DNA from: Centroscyllium fabricii
Lineage: Eukaryota
Direction of reading: 5' to 3'
Assembly: GCA_051313645.2 (NCBI GenBank)
Contig: JBNRSN020000011.1
Span: 37,758,001-37,822,000, forward strand
Length of the DNA stretch: 64,000 nt
Part shown: positions 1 to 11,480 of the stretch, one piece after another
Layout: each line of letters opens with the position of its first letter
Position numbering within the stretch: position 1 is the first letter of the stretch
The notes under the pieces: generated by a model
Seen by the model: only the letters and a program-made list of their open reading frames with translations
Told to the model about the DNA's origin: nothing
Database searches by the model: none
Made by a program: the position numbers and the translations under genes

Positions 1-475
1 CACGGACGGATGCCTCTGACCAGCAAACAAAATGTATGAACTTACCTGATGGTCCCGGAGGTTCGGACACTTGCACTCCTGGGCCTCTATGCGTAGGCCA
101 GCATAGAGGCCCATATAATTATTGAGGTCCACGTACCCCAGGAGTGCATGCGGTTCGCGAGCACCCTTGGGATCATGTGGGTCGGCCCAACCAATGAAAG
201 AAAGGGGACCCCCCATTCATACTTATGGGGAATTCCGTATGTGCGGAACTTCCATAAGCATGAATGGGAATACCCCCCAAAATACACGTACACTTAAAAA
301 ATAAAAAATAAATTGTATTTAAAATGAATCAAAATGACATTTAATTAAATATTTTAAAACAAATTAAAAAAAACTTTTTTTTACATGTTTTAAACGGGGC
401 TAAAAATAAACTTACCTTATTTCACAGGTTTGTCATTGTATAAATTCTTGAAAAAAAATATTTTTCTGTTCTTTA

Positions 476-601
476 AAGACGAAAAGTCATCGATCTGAAA
501 CGTTAACTCTGTTTCTCCACAGATGCTGCCTGACCTGCTGAGTATTTTCAGCATTTTCTGTTTTTATTTCAGATTTCCAGCATCCGCAGTATGTTGCTTT
601 T
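476..601 (+). mobile_element. Penelope-like element 3' terminal fragment (degenerate hammerhead region plus tail)
   Basis: AAGTCATCGATCTGAAACGTTAACTCTG...GATGCTGCCTGACCTGCTGAG...CAGCATCCGCAGTA matches the termini of the Penelope element at 25108-25727. Confidence 0.7.
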
Positions 602-910
602 GTATAGAATAAAGTGACTCGTTATTGTGGATTTCTTGGGTGACCCAGTTGGGGTGGGTGGGATTTATTTCACTGGATACAGTTCCGAACAATGGAGAAC
701 AGTCTTCGCATCTGTAGAGGGGAGTTAGAGGTTCTGTCTTAATTGGTCGGGTAAAAACACAACTCGTTGTTTTGCAGTTGGTGTTGTACATGAGCCACGT
801 GTTGATGGATTTCTATGCAGATTATCTGTTTGCCAAACCTCCTTGCATTTGTCGGATGCTTTTCAACAAAGTCAGTCTGTTAAGTTAAATGAATTTAATT
901 TGAGCAACTG

Positions 911-1148
911 TGTAGTAACCTGTAAGGTTAGGAGTAACAGTGTCCAGCAGGTGGTGCTGTGGCAATGGACTCCCGAGTTCACGATAGTGTTCAGTCTTGT
1001 TTTTCATAAGGTGGGTTCTTTGGCAGAAGCCATTTTAGGTTTAAGCTGAGTTAGGCTCGCAGTTCAGAGCCAGGTTGTAAAGACTGATTAAACCTGTTAA
1101 CCAGTTAACCTGTGTCCGTCTCCCTCCATGATCCCTCGAGATACTACA
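911..1148 (+). repeat. 5' LTR
   Basis: TGTAGTA...TACTACA; direct repeat of 5724-5961. Confidence 0.97.
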
Positions 1149-1150
1149 TT

Positions 1151-1160
1151 TGGCGACGAG
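1151..1160 (+). promoter_or_regulatory. Primer-binding site, complementary to the 3' end of tRNA-Ser(GCU)
   Basis: TGGCGACGAG 2 nt after the LTR; complement of ...CUCGUCGCCA (tRNA identity recalled from vertebrate tRNA-Ser GCU). Confidence 0.7.
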
Positions 1161-1271
1161 AATAAAGGGTCAGTTAAAATTGTGGTGGAGTATTCGGAAG
1201 AAATGCTTGGGTCAGTTAGCAAGCCAGTTGGAAAAGCACTAGACTAGGCTGGAGTGACTGGACTTCAAGGT

Positions 1272-2162
1272 TGGCAGGAACGGTAGTCTCCATGGCACCT
1301 TTTGACAGCAAGTCGCAGTCTTGGGAAGAGTATTGTGAAATACTGAGCCATTTTTTTCATGGCAAACGGTGTGGACAGTGCTGAAAAGAAAAGGGCCATT
1401 TTGCTTAATTGTGTGGGAGCACAAACCTATACACTGATGAGAAATCTACAGAGCCCGGAGCGGCCAGGGGAAAAATCTCTGGACGAGTTGGTGAGTCTAC
1501 TGAGGAAACATTTCAATCCGAAACCTAGTGAAATAGTACAGAGATGGAAATTCAATTCGAGGACGAGGAGGCCGGAAGAAAGCGTTAGAGTACGTGGCGG
1601 AGCTTCGGAAGCTCGCACAGGACTGTAATTTTGGAAATACGCTCAAAGTCATGTTAAGGGACAGACTGGTATGCGGAATTAATGACGACGGTGTACAGCG
1701 AAAGTTGTTGTCAGAAGACGAATTAACATTTGAGACGGCGCTGAAAAGAGCACAAGCCATGGAGACGGCTAATAAGGACGTTAAGGATTTAAGCAGTATG
1801 AGCAAGGAGATATGGAGTAAACCAGTGGGAGGAGCTGTGTACAAGATGGAAACGGGCGAAAAGTCGATCTGTTGGGGGTGGGGAATGCTACCGATGTGGC
1901 GGGACGAGCCATTATGCCAAGGACTGCAGGTTTAAAATGGGAAAGTGCTACAATTGTGGAAAAATAGGGCACTTGAAGAAAGTCTGCAAAAGGGTAGTGC
2001 GTGAGAAGCAGTGTTAAAGGGACAAAGCATGCTAAAGGGGGGAGGGAGAAGCACACAAAGCGGGAAAACTAAGTACAAGAGGAAGAAGAGTCGAGTGAGG
2101 AGATTTTCACTATATACAGTAGAGACACTTCAAGGCCCAACGTACCCCCTCTCACTCAGTAT
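1272..2162 (+). pseudogene. Gypsy gag, frameshifted, with two CCHC zinc knuckles
   Basis: Fragments ...AILLNCVGAQTY...HFNPKPSEIVQRWKF and LRDRLVCGIND; knuckles CYRCGGTSHYAKDC (~1885) and CYNCGKIGHLKKVC (~1946) read across frameshifts. Confidence 0.88.
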
Positions 2163-5100
2163 TTGATAGTGAACGGAGGTCAAGTAAAGTTTGAGATTGA
2201 CGCCGGATGTAGTGTAACCATAATGTCCCAGAATGAGTACGCCAAGCTATGGGGGAAAGCAAAAGTACCCGAGTTAGGTACATGCCCCATTAGTCTAAAA
2301 ATCTACACAGGACAGAAGGTGGACATTTTGGGGGCGGCCAAAGTACAAGTGAAACACGAAGGAGCAACCAAAGAGCTCACGGTGGTAGGAGTAGCCGGGT
2401 CAGGGCCAAATCTGTTAGGGCGAGGGTGGGTCAGGGAGTTGAGGGTGGACTGGCGAGCAATGAATAAAATGGAGGACAGTACAGAGGCCCTGCAAGAAGT
2501 GCTGATGAAGCATGAGCTAGTGTTCAAGGACGAACTGGGCACCTTCAGGGGAGCCACAGCCAAGATTCATGTAGCCAGTGATGCCACGCTTCGGTTCTTT
2601 AAACCTAGGTCGGTACCTTTCGCAATGAAACCCAAGGTGGAGGCGGAACTAGATCTCCTGCTAAAGGCCAAAGTAATAGAACCAGTGAAATTTTCAGACT
2701 GGGTGGCACCGATAGTCCCGGTATTGAAGCCCGACGGTAACGTCCGGGTGTGTGGTGACTATAAGTTAACAGTAAACAGAGTATCATCACGGGAACAGTA
2801 CCCCATTCCTAGAATGGAGGACATGTTCACATTGCTAGCTGGGGGAGAAACATTCAGCAAACTGGACATGAGTCATGCATATCAGCAGATAGTGCTAGAT
2901 GAAGAAGCCAAAAAGTTTGTCACGGTGAACACGCACAAGGGGCTGTTCACATATACCTGGTTACCATTTGGTGTCAGTTCTAGCCCAGCAATATTCCAAC
3001 GGACTATGGAGGGCATTCTGCAGGGCATTCCAAAAGTGGCCATGTACTTAGATGATATTCTGCTAACAGGAAGTGACGATCAGGATCATGTTAAAACACT
3101 GGACAAAGTGCTACAGCGGCTGGAAGAGGTGGGGCTATGCCTGAAATGGAGTAAGTGTAAATTCATGGAGAAGGAAGTTACATTCCTGGGACACCGGGTG
3201 GATGCCACAGGCCTTCATCCAGTACCAGGGAAAGTGCGGGCAGTGCGGGATGCACCGGCACCCACCTCAGTGATGGAACTGAAAGCCTATTTAGGACTCC
3301 TGAACTATTATAACCGGTTTCTTCCCAACTTATCGATGCTACTGGCACCCCTGCACAAACTGCTGAGGAAGGAGGAGCCATGGGGTTGGGGGCCAGAGCA
3401 AGCGAAAGCGTTTCAGCAGTCAAAGGAGCTACTTCAGTCCAGCAGGGTGTTAGTGCATTACGACGAGAAGAAGGAACTCATAATGTCCTGCGACGCATCA
3501 CCCTATGGAGTGGGGGCAGTGTTGGCCCACGGCATGCCAGACGGAGCGGAAAGGCCCATCAGGTTTGTGTCACGCACTCTCACCGCTGCTGAAAAGAACT
3601 ATTCACAGCTGGATAAAGAGGGGTTAGCCATTATATTTGGGGTGAAGAAATTCCATAAGTACATTTATGGGAGGAAGTTTGTAATCCGTACTGACCACAA
3701 GCCACTTATTAGCTTACTGAATGAGATGAAAACGGTGCCTCAAATGGCCTCACAGAGAATAATGAGATGGGCTGTACTACTAAGAGCCTACGAATATGTG
3801 ATCACGTACAGAGCCGGCAAGGAAAACGGGAACGCTGATGCTCTCAGCCGCCTGCTCCTCCCAGAATATCCTCGCAATAATTCCCCGGAGGAGCATGTTC
3901 TGATGCTGGATCAGGATATCAGTCCCCTGATAACTTCAGAGCAAATCCGGGGCTGGACAGCCAAGGACCCTGTTCTGTCAATGGTCTGTGAGTATGTGTT
4001 GAAAGGCTGGCCAGATCACAGCGATGGACTGGAATTTGCGCCTTACAAACAGACAGCACGAGCTCAGCATCCAAGATGGATGTGTACTATGGGGACGCTC
4101 TGCTTTGATGGAATAGTTGCATCAGTCGCACCCAGGGATGACTAGAATGAAAGAACTGGCGAGGAGCTACCTGTGGTGGCCTAACTTGGATGCTGAAATC
4201 GAGTCAAAGGTAAAGTCATGCACTATATGTCAGGAACAGAGGAAAGCACCTTCCGGCGCACCACTCCAACCCTGGGAGTGGCCCAGCGTACCTTGGAGGA
4301 GAATTCACATGGACTATGTGGGACCGTTTATGGGAAAATAGTTTTTGATACTTGTAGACACTCACTCAAAGTGGATCGATGTTTATCCAGTGAGCTCTAC
4401 GACGACTGAGGCCACACTGGATTGTCTCGGGAACAATTTCAGCACGCACGGCATTCCAGAAATGTTGGTATCCGATAATGCACAGTGTTTTATGAGTGAA
4501 GCGAGCAAAGAATCCATGGCAAGGAATGGAATCACACATGTCACCTCTGCTCCATATCACCCATCCTCAAATGGGTTGGCCGAGCGAGCTGTGCAGACTT
4601 TTAAGGAACTCATGAGGAAGAGCTCAGGTGACACCCTGGAGACCAAGCTCCATAGAGCCTTGTTTAGTTAATGTATAACACCCCATTCGACCACTGGGCT
4701 TTCGCCGGCGGAGATGTTGATGGGAAGGAAGTTGCGGTGCACATTAGACCTAATACACCCAGATCTCAGAAGCAAGGTTGAGACAAAACGGTGGCATAGT
4801 GGTTAGCACTGTTGCCTTACAGCACCAGAGACCCGGGTTCAAATCCGGCCTCGGGTACTATCTGTGTGGAGTTTGCACATTCTCCCCGTGTCTGCGTGGG
4901 TTTCCTCCCACAGTCCAAAGATGTGCGGGTTAGGTTGATTGGCCATGATAAATTGACCCTTAGTGTTAGCGGGATTGAATATGTGGGGTTACGGGGATAG
5001 GGTGGGATATGTGTCTGTGCAGGCTCGATAGGGATCGAGGGATATGGGGACAAGGCAGGGACAGGGTACTGGGTTTGGATGATCAGCCATGATCTCATTG

Positions 5101-5370
5101 AATGGTGGAGCAGGCTCGAAGGGCTGAATGGCCTACTCCTGCTCCTATCTTCTATGTTTCTATGTAAAACAAACAAACCAAAACGCGTATCATGACAAAC
5201 ATGCTAAAGCTCACTATTTCGCCATAAAGGACTCGGTGTACACCAGGAATTTCGGCTATTGATCTAAATGGATACCAGGACTTATCCAGGACATTACAGG
5301 ACCTGTGTCGTACTCCGTGTTACTAGAGGATGGGCGAGTAGTGCGTCGGCATGTGGATCAGCTTTTCAGC
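2163..5370 (+). pseudogene. Gypsy pol (protease, RT, RNase H, integrase), disrupted
   Basis: ORF 2163-4145: IDAGCS protease motif, LPFG, YLDD, CDASPYG, TDHKPL, NADALSR. Integrase HHCC (HQSHPG...CTIC) and SDN...SNGLAER in ORFs 4117-4671. Stops, a frameshift and a SINE insertion. Confidence 0.95.
4790..5165 (+). mobile_element. HE1-like tRNA-derived V-SINE (long-tail type) inserted in the Gypsy integrase
   Basis: A box TGGCATAGTGG, B box GGTTCAAATCC, V-core TGTGGAGTTTGCACATTCTCCCCG, CR1-type tail; AAAAC TSD; removing it restores the frame VETKQTNQNAYHDKH. Confidence 0.93.
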
Positions 5371-5723
5371 CGGCAGCAGAGGGAACTGCCGGGTTTGGAA
5401 CAAATGGCAGTAGAGGAGGCTGTTCCAGGGCCCAACACGGTCTGTAAGACACCAGGGGACACTGGTACTGCCTGGCTACAGCAAGACCAAGTACAAGCAA
5501 CATCAGAGACTGCTCCAGTCTCAAGCGCGAGTGAATCGGAGAAGCCACCACAAGGGTAATTAAGACGTTCACAACGGTCTCGCAAGGCAACAGAAAGACT
5601 TATAGAAACCTGTTAAATTAGTCAAGAGTTAACCTGCTTAGCGCAGGCTGGTTTATTAAAATGTAGTACTTAGTAATGGCTATTGGTGAAGAATTACATA
5701 TTGAAATCTTAAGGGGGGAGGAG

Positions 5724-5961
5724 TGTAGTAACCTGCAAGATTAGGAGTAACAGTGTCCAGCAGATGGTGCTGTGGCAATGGACTCCCGAGTTCACGATAG
5801 TGTTCAGTCTTGTTTTTCATAAGGTGGGTTCTTTTGCAGAAGCCATTTTAGGTTTAAGCTGAGTTAGGCTCGCAGTTCAGAGCCAGGTTGTAAAGACTGA
5901 TTAAACCTGTTAACCAGTTAACCTGTGTCCGTCTCTCTCCATGATCCCTCGAGATACTACA
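5724..5961 (+). repeat. 3' LTR
   Basis: Direct repeat of 911-1148, preceded by the polypurine tract. Confidence 0.97.
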
Positions 5962-6124
5962 AACTGCATGTTACTTTACCGTATTTTTCAGACTGCCATA
6001 GCACTTCAATGCGGCTTCCAAACTCAAAGGAAGATTAGTGCAGGAATTACTGTTTGAAAATGATTTACAGGCCACTTTGGTATAACCTAAAGGAAGATAG
6101 AATATTTAAATATAAATAACGATA

Positions 6125-6482
6125 ATAGGACTAGACAGACTAGATGCAGGAAGGATGTTCCCGATGGCCAGTGAGTCCAGAATCAGGGGTCACAGTCTTA
6201 AGAATAAGGGATAAGCCATTTAGGACAGAGATGAAGAGGAATTTCTTCACCCAGAGAGTGGTGAACCTGTGGAATTCTCTACCACAGAAGGCCGTAGATG
6301 CCAATTCACAAAATATAGTTAGATATATTTCTTAAGGCTAAAGGGACCGAGGGATATGGAGAGAAGGCAGGAACAGGGTACTGAATTTGGATGATCAGCC
6401 ATGATCTCATTGAATGGCGAATGGCGGAGCAGGCTCAAGGAGCCGAATGGCCCACTCCTGCTCCTATCTTCTATGTTTCTAT
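6125..6482 (+). mobile_element. CR1-type (HER1-like) LINE 3' fragment
   Basis: Encodes FRTEMKRNFFTQRVVNLWNSLPQKAV (CR1 ORF2 C-terminus); 3' UTR ends TTCTATGTTTCTAT. Confidence 0.9.
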
Positions 6483-7443
6483 AATGATATCCGTGGCAAA
6501 AATGGCATATTCTGTTAGTACAGCATGTTCATGCACAGACAAATCGCACTATGATGTGGTAGTACAGCAATTATGGCTGACTGTTCCCCAGATGTTGAAT
6601 TTCAAATCTTTCTTTCACATCAGTGGAGAAAACAAATGGTGGTTCAACACTTTCCCCAGACAAAACAATGAAATCATTGGGTGAGTCATTCCAATTTCTG
6701 GTCATGCATCTCCTTGCACTTTGCTCCAGAGGAGAACTGCCAGATGCTTGAAAGCGCACACTCCAAGTTAGGGAACGGCCCATGGTCTAGGGAGAATGAA
6801 GATAAAACAATGACCATGTTAAATACAGTGACTTGTGTCCTGTTTAAAAGCTGTTCAGGATCTGTATGTTCAGCCATCACCAGGTAGTGAACTTAACCGA
6901 TTATGCACTTGTGATTATGCCGACTTATCTTTATTTTGCTTACTCTTCAGATGTTGCCAGTGTAATGTTTATTTTTCATAGTGACTGTACTATAATGGCT
7001 GTTTTTGAGTCACTCCCATGTCTAAACACTGTACAGTTGGTGCCAGCTACCTGCTTCATGCAGTTTAGGAACCAGCCACATTCAGCATAACCAGAGTGGA
7101 TAATTCAACCATACCCTAGGGATTGGCTTTGAATCATTTGCTGGAAAGGCAGCACCAGTGGTCCTCGATGCTCCACTCTACTGTGGTTATGCTTTCTGAA
7201 ATGTGGGATGTCTTGAATGGGTCCTCACATTAATGTGGACTTGAAGACATTTTGGACAGATGGCAGTCCAAGAAAGTTGGTTGAGAAACATTGGCCTCCT
7301 TTCCAACTCCTCAGCGTTGAAATGTTATACCTGTAGTTTACCAGGAGAGTATTGTAAAAAAAAATGTAATCTAAGCTCATTGAGCTGTAATGAAGATGTC
7401 TTGATAGTAGAACCGTTACAGCACCTGTTTCACACGCTGGAGC

Positions 7444-7521
7444 ATGTTCCTTGGCAGCTGTCGGTTCACATTCACCAGCTGTGTGCCAGCTGAGTGTTTT
7501 GTCAGTTCTCATCTCAGTATG
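7444..7521 (+). CDS. RGL1: Candidate alternative first coding exon of RGL1 (MFLGSCRFTFTSCVPAECFVSSHLSM)
   Basis: AGCATG context, 26 open codons, ATG|GTGAGT donor, phase 0 matching the exon 2 acceptor at 21331. No transcript evidence. Confidence 0.4.
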
Positions 7522-9160
7522 GTGAGTCTCACTTTGTGACCAGTAACAAGTGTGCATTTAGCATTGGTGTCAGCTGTACAAGACTAAAATGGACGTAGGA
7601 TAGAAAGCTAATACAGGAGCAAAGTTCACATCATTTTTTTGTAGGAACCGAAGACTGACTGACCAAACAAAAAAGCTCCCTTTATTTTTCTGGAAACATG
7701 TCCTTTGTGGTTCACAGGTAGTTAGTTGGCAAAGATGTCCAAATTGTAATGAAGTAAGGTCTGCAGTACGTAAAACCAGGGAAAGGGCTTGATGTGTGGA
7801 GTTCTTGCTGATGCTATAGTGTCTTTCTGTTGGGAGCCTTGAGTGAATATAAGCATCACATTGATCGTAGATAATCCCTGAAAGATGGCTTGTGTCCCAT
7901 TCTTTTGTTTGGCTGACTCGTGGTTCAACATCTCCGTGTTTTCCCTTGGACCTGGCCTGCGAAGCTGGACAGGAATTGCTGAGTACAGTACACTGTTCCC
8001 TGTGGAGCCATGATGGGTAATTCATGCAGATACTTTTTTGTTGAGAGCAGTTCTTCTTGCCAAGAAGCTAACATCTGGAAAAAATAAGTTGAGCATCAGG
8101 CTCTTAACCTCCACACTGGGAGAGAGCATACAGGATCTGCATAGTTGTGCTTTTTAAAATATATATATTTGTTTCCTTGCTGTAAAGTCTGCAGATGCTA
8201 TGAATAAACTCACATTTAAAGTTTAAGCATTGGTCCTTTTGCGTGCCAGGGGGTCTCTAGTTTGAAAGTAGCACCTGGCAGTGAGTAGTTAAACTGTTTT
8301 AATTTATTTGTTAAATATGACTTCATGAATTATCCACCCACTGCAGAGTTTTTTTTAACATTGCCAATGCAGTTAAAGATTCAGTGATGCTGTACTGTGT
8401 GGTAGAGCATATGGTTGGGCTCCAGAAGGCTCTGCAAGTTGTCTTAAATGGGAAATGATCAAAGGAGTGAAATGTGATTTTTTTTTTTGTGGCATATATA
8501 GACTATCTTACGACATTGGTAGATGTTGATGTAAATACTGATGGAACAGGATGTCAATCTATCGGCCTCCCTGTCTTTTCCTTATGTTTTGTATGTGCTG
8601 AAGGTTTTGAGTATCAAATATTTTGCATTCTTTACTGCTGTTGAAATAATATGTTTATATGAAGAGTGGGAATGTTTACCATAGTGCCACCAAAGTTGAT
8701 AGGAGATTGAATCATTCCCTGTACCTGTGCTGTTAGCCACCCTATGTTGTCTTAGTGAGATACTGCAGCTCGCTTCAATGACTCTGCTTGAAGAAGGGAA
8801 AACCAACCAGTGTAAAGCAAGTGGCTATTTCCCCTCTGTTTAAAAAGTATGTAATTTATCCATCCGCAGCCTTTTTAATGCTGCCAATGTATCAATATGG
8901 TTCATTTGTTGCTGTAACATTGTGCAATATAGCCCTATGCACAATAATGTGGTAAGGTTGTCGGTACTGTCTTAACTTGGAAGTCCATCTTAAGATCAAG
9001 GACTTTGAAATGCTTGATTTGCAAAATAAACATCCACAATTTTGAGTTTGGATTCTGGTTTTGGGTGGGACGTAAGCAATGGATAGAACTAGCTGCCGAA
9101 CTACTTTTCTGTTTTGGTTGTACAACCTGCACATAACTGGAGCATTGCCTGGTATGTTAC

Positions 9161-9608
9161 GGCTCGGCGGCACGGTGGCATAGTGGTTAGCATTGTTGCC
9201 TCACAGCGCCAGGGGCCCGGGTTCAAATCCAGCCTCGGGTACTATCTGTGTGGAGTTTGCACATTCTTCCCGTGTCTGCGTGGGTTTCCTCCGGGTGCTC
9301 CGGTTTCCTCCCACAGTCCAAAGATGTGCGGGTTAGGTTGATTGGCCATGATAAATTGACCCTTAGTGTTAGGGGGATTAAATATGTGGGGTTACGGCGA
9401 TAGGGTGGGATATGTGTTGGAATTAAATATGTGGGGTTACGGGGAAAGGGTGGGATATGTGTCGGTGCAGGCTCGATGGGGATTGAGGGATATGGGGAGA
9501 GGGCAGGGGCGGGGTGTTGGGTTTGGATGATCAGCCATGATCTCATTGAATGGCGGAGCAGGCTCGAAGGGCCGAATGGCCTACTCCTGCTCCTAGTTTC
9601 TATGTTTC
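9161..9608 (+). mobile_element. HE1-like V-SINE (long tail) with internal 45-bp tandem duplication
   Basis: A/B boxes, V core, CR1 tail; TSD TATGTTAC (9153-9160 / 9609-9616); duplication 9377-9466. Confidence 0.93.
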
Positions 9609-10444
9609 TATGTTACTAATCATCAAACAATTCCAACAGTGCTGATTACAGAATGTGTTCCCCAAGTGAAACAATCTGTTCCAGGTGCCTGATATCCAGT
9701 GCAGTTAGAATAGAATTGGAAACACAAATTGCTTGAAATATCTAGCAAAGGAATTGTGTCAATGCAAAAAGACACCCACCCTTTGGCTTAAACCAGCTGC
9801 TTGCGGGTCCTGCACATGTGTTCTGAGTCTTGGTCAGTTGGATTTAAAGCTTTAACTTGTATATTAACGTATTTTACTCTGGAAGCGTAGACACCATTCC
9901 TTGTGCATAAATGAGTTAGCAATCAGTTGCTGTTCACTCTACATCCCATTTGTATCTTTTTTTTCAATGTTATCAGAAGGTTGTGTACTTCTCTCTCATT
10001 ATTACCCAATTGTCGATGATAGGACTGCTAATGTTGTGCAAAAGCATTTTCTAATTTTTCACCAAGCCAATAACAGCAATTATGCAGTTGCAATTGTCTG
10101 TTGATCTAGTCCACAAATCAGGTCAGAGCTGCTCCACAGTCTCTCACCTTGAAGCAAATCCTAACTTATTGTCCAACTTAATTTCTCAACCAAACCCATG
10201 CTGAAGTGTCAGTTGAATAAGAATAATGCTGCCTTCAGTTTGTCAGATACCACACACCCCTGAACAAACCGATTTGAAAAAGTTTGCCCAAGCTATTAAT
10301 TTGGTTTCGAAGTGCAGCTCTGAAAACCTCACTTGGTGTTGAAGCATTACGACAAACATTTGTGTTTTTCTCTCTTCTTGCTCGCTCTCTATCTTGCGTG
10401 CTCTGCTTATTATGTCTCGCTCCTGGGCCCTCCTATAATACAGC

Positions 10445-10477
10445 ATGATCTTCTGTTGGGATTGCATTTATTGGCAG
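10445..10477 (+). CDS. RGL1: Candidate alternative first coding exon of RGL1 (MIFCWDCIYWQ)
   Basis: AGCATG context, 11 codons, CAG|GTGAGG donor, phase 0 matching exon 2. No transcript evidence. Confidence 0.42.
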
Positions 10478-11184
10478 GTGAGGCTATTTTTAAGGATTAA
10501 ATTAGAACACTGACACAAAATTGTGCAAGTAGTTTTGCAGAGCTGGGCTCCTTCCGTCTAACACCCAAATATCGGTATTTTGAAAGGGAGTGTTGTGCAA
10601 CAGTACTTGGCATCTTTTCAGTTGTCAAACATATTGTCAGTGATTGATGCCAAAGTTTTTATATTTTAGACCCACTGATCTTCAGTTAGCAGATGTTATC
10701 AGCCTGCAAAATTGATAGGCATTCTAAACCCAATACTCCTTTGCATTGAGCATACATTTTTATTGGCTTTCAAGTCGTTTGATTTTTAAGTTGGTTTGTT
10801 TTCTTCCCTCCTTTCAGTTTTCTAAAATCTGATGATCAGAATTAAGTAGAAATCAGGAATTGTTCTTCCATTTAATTGAAGCTTCCAGTGCTGTTTCTGT
10901 CAAAATGGACGCAATTGCTCTGTCAGATTATTTCAATTTTTTAATTAACTCTCGTGTATTTTCCATTTCCAGCCTTGTACTTTGGCTTGAAATTGTGTCG
11001 CATCAAGAATGGGCATGTTTTTTTCATTTAAAGAGCAATCCACACTGTCGTCTTGAAATTCAAAATAATTGAAAATGAAGCAAAATTACTATTTTATTCA
11101 CCCAAAAGCAATGTCCAAACCACTTAACGCTTTTAGGCATTGTACATGTATTTTTTTCAGGGAACAACTGAATTGGATAACTTT

Positions 11185-11480
11185 TCCGTGCTGTACTGAG
11201 GGAGTGCTGCACTCTCTTTTGGAACAAGCGTTAGACCAAGGGGACCCGCCTGTCCCCTCAGGAGCACATAAAAAATCTCATGACAGTATTTTGTGTCCTG
11301 GTCAATATTTATTCTTCAACCAACATCACTGAGTCATTCTCACTGCTGTTTGTGGGAGCTTGCTGTGTGCAAATTGGCTGTTTTGCCTACATTACAACAG
11401 TGATTCTACTTCAAAAGTACTGAATTGGCTGGAAAGCGCTTTGGGACCTCATGCACTGGTGAAAGGCGCGATATTTCTTT
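11185..11480 (+). mobile_element. Degenerate DeuSINE (SacSINE1-like) with L2-type tail
   Basis: GTTTGTGGGAGCTTGCTGTGTGCAAATTGGCTG...CTTCAAAAGTAC...AAGCGCTTTGGGAC...GAAAGGCGC is homologous to 39930-40060. Confidence 0.7.

Larger units (their letters stand above)
911..5961 (+). mobile_element. Full-length Ty3/Gypsy LTR retrotransposon (Mag-like, no env), decayed
   Basis: 238-bp TG...CA LTRs at 911-1148 and 5724-5961 (5 mismatches by eye); 5-bp TSD AACTG (906-910 / 5962-5966); PBS TGGCGACGAG at 1151; polypurine tract AAGGGGGGAGGAG at 5711-5723; internal order gag-PR-RT-RNaseH-IN. Confidence 0.97.

Noticed and set aside
4812-5176. Recurrent ORFs such as MRSWLIIQTQ... and ...GTICVEFAH...
   Set aside because: Translations of SINE copies, not a protein family.
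5305-5720. Possible env or extra ORF in the Gypsy element
   Set aside because: Only the integrase C-terminal tail and a short UTR precede the polypurine tract; no room or signal/TM features for env.
6668-6686. ATG plus GTGAGT donor at 6681 as another coding first exon
   Set aside because: Phase 1 from its ATG, incompatible with the exon 2 acceptors; could only be non-coding.
7260-7493. ORF containing SSALKCYTC, resembling the start of a Ly6/three-finger domain
   Set aside because: No signal peptide, no terminal CCxxxxCN motif and no supporting exon structure; probably chance, or at most a uORF of the 7444 exon.
9166-9235. tRNA genes at SINE heads (also 4790, 13155, 42541, 43790, 54501)
   Set aside because: A/B boxes run straight into the V-SINE core and LINE tail, so these are SINE heads, not tRNA genes.
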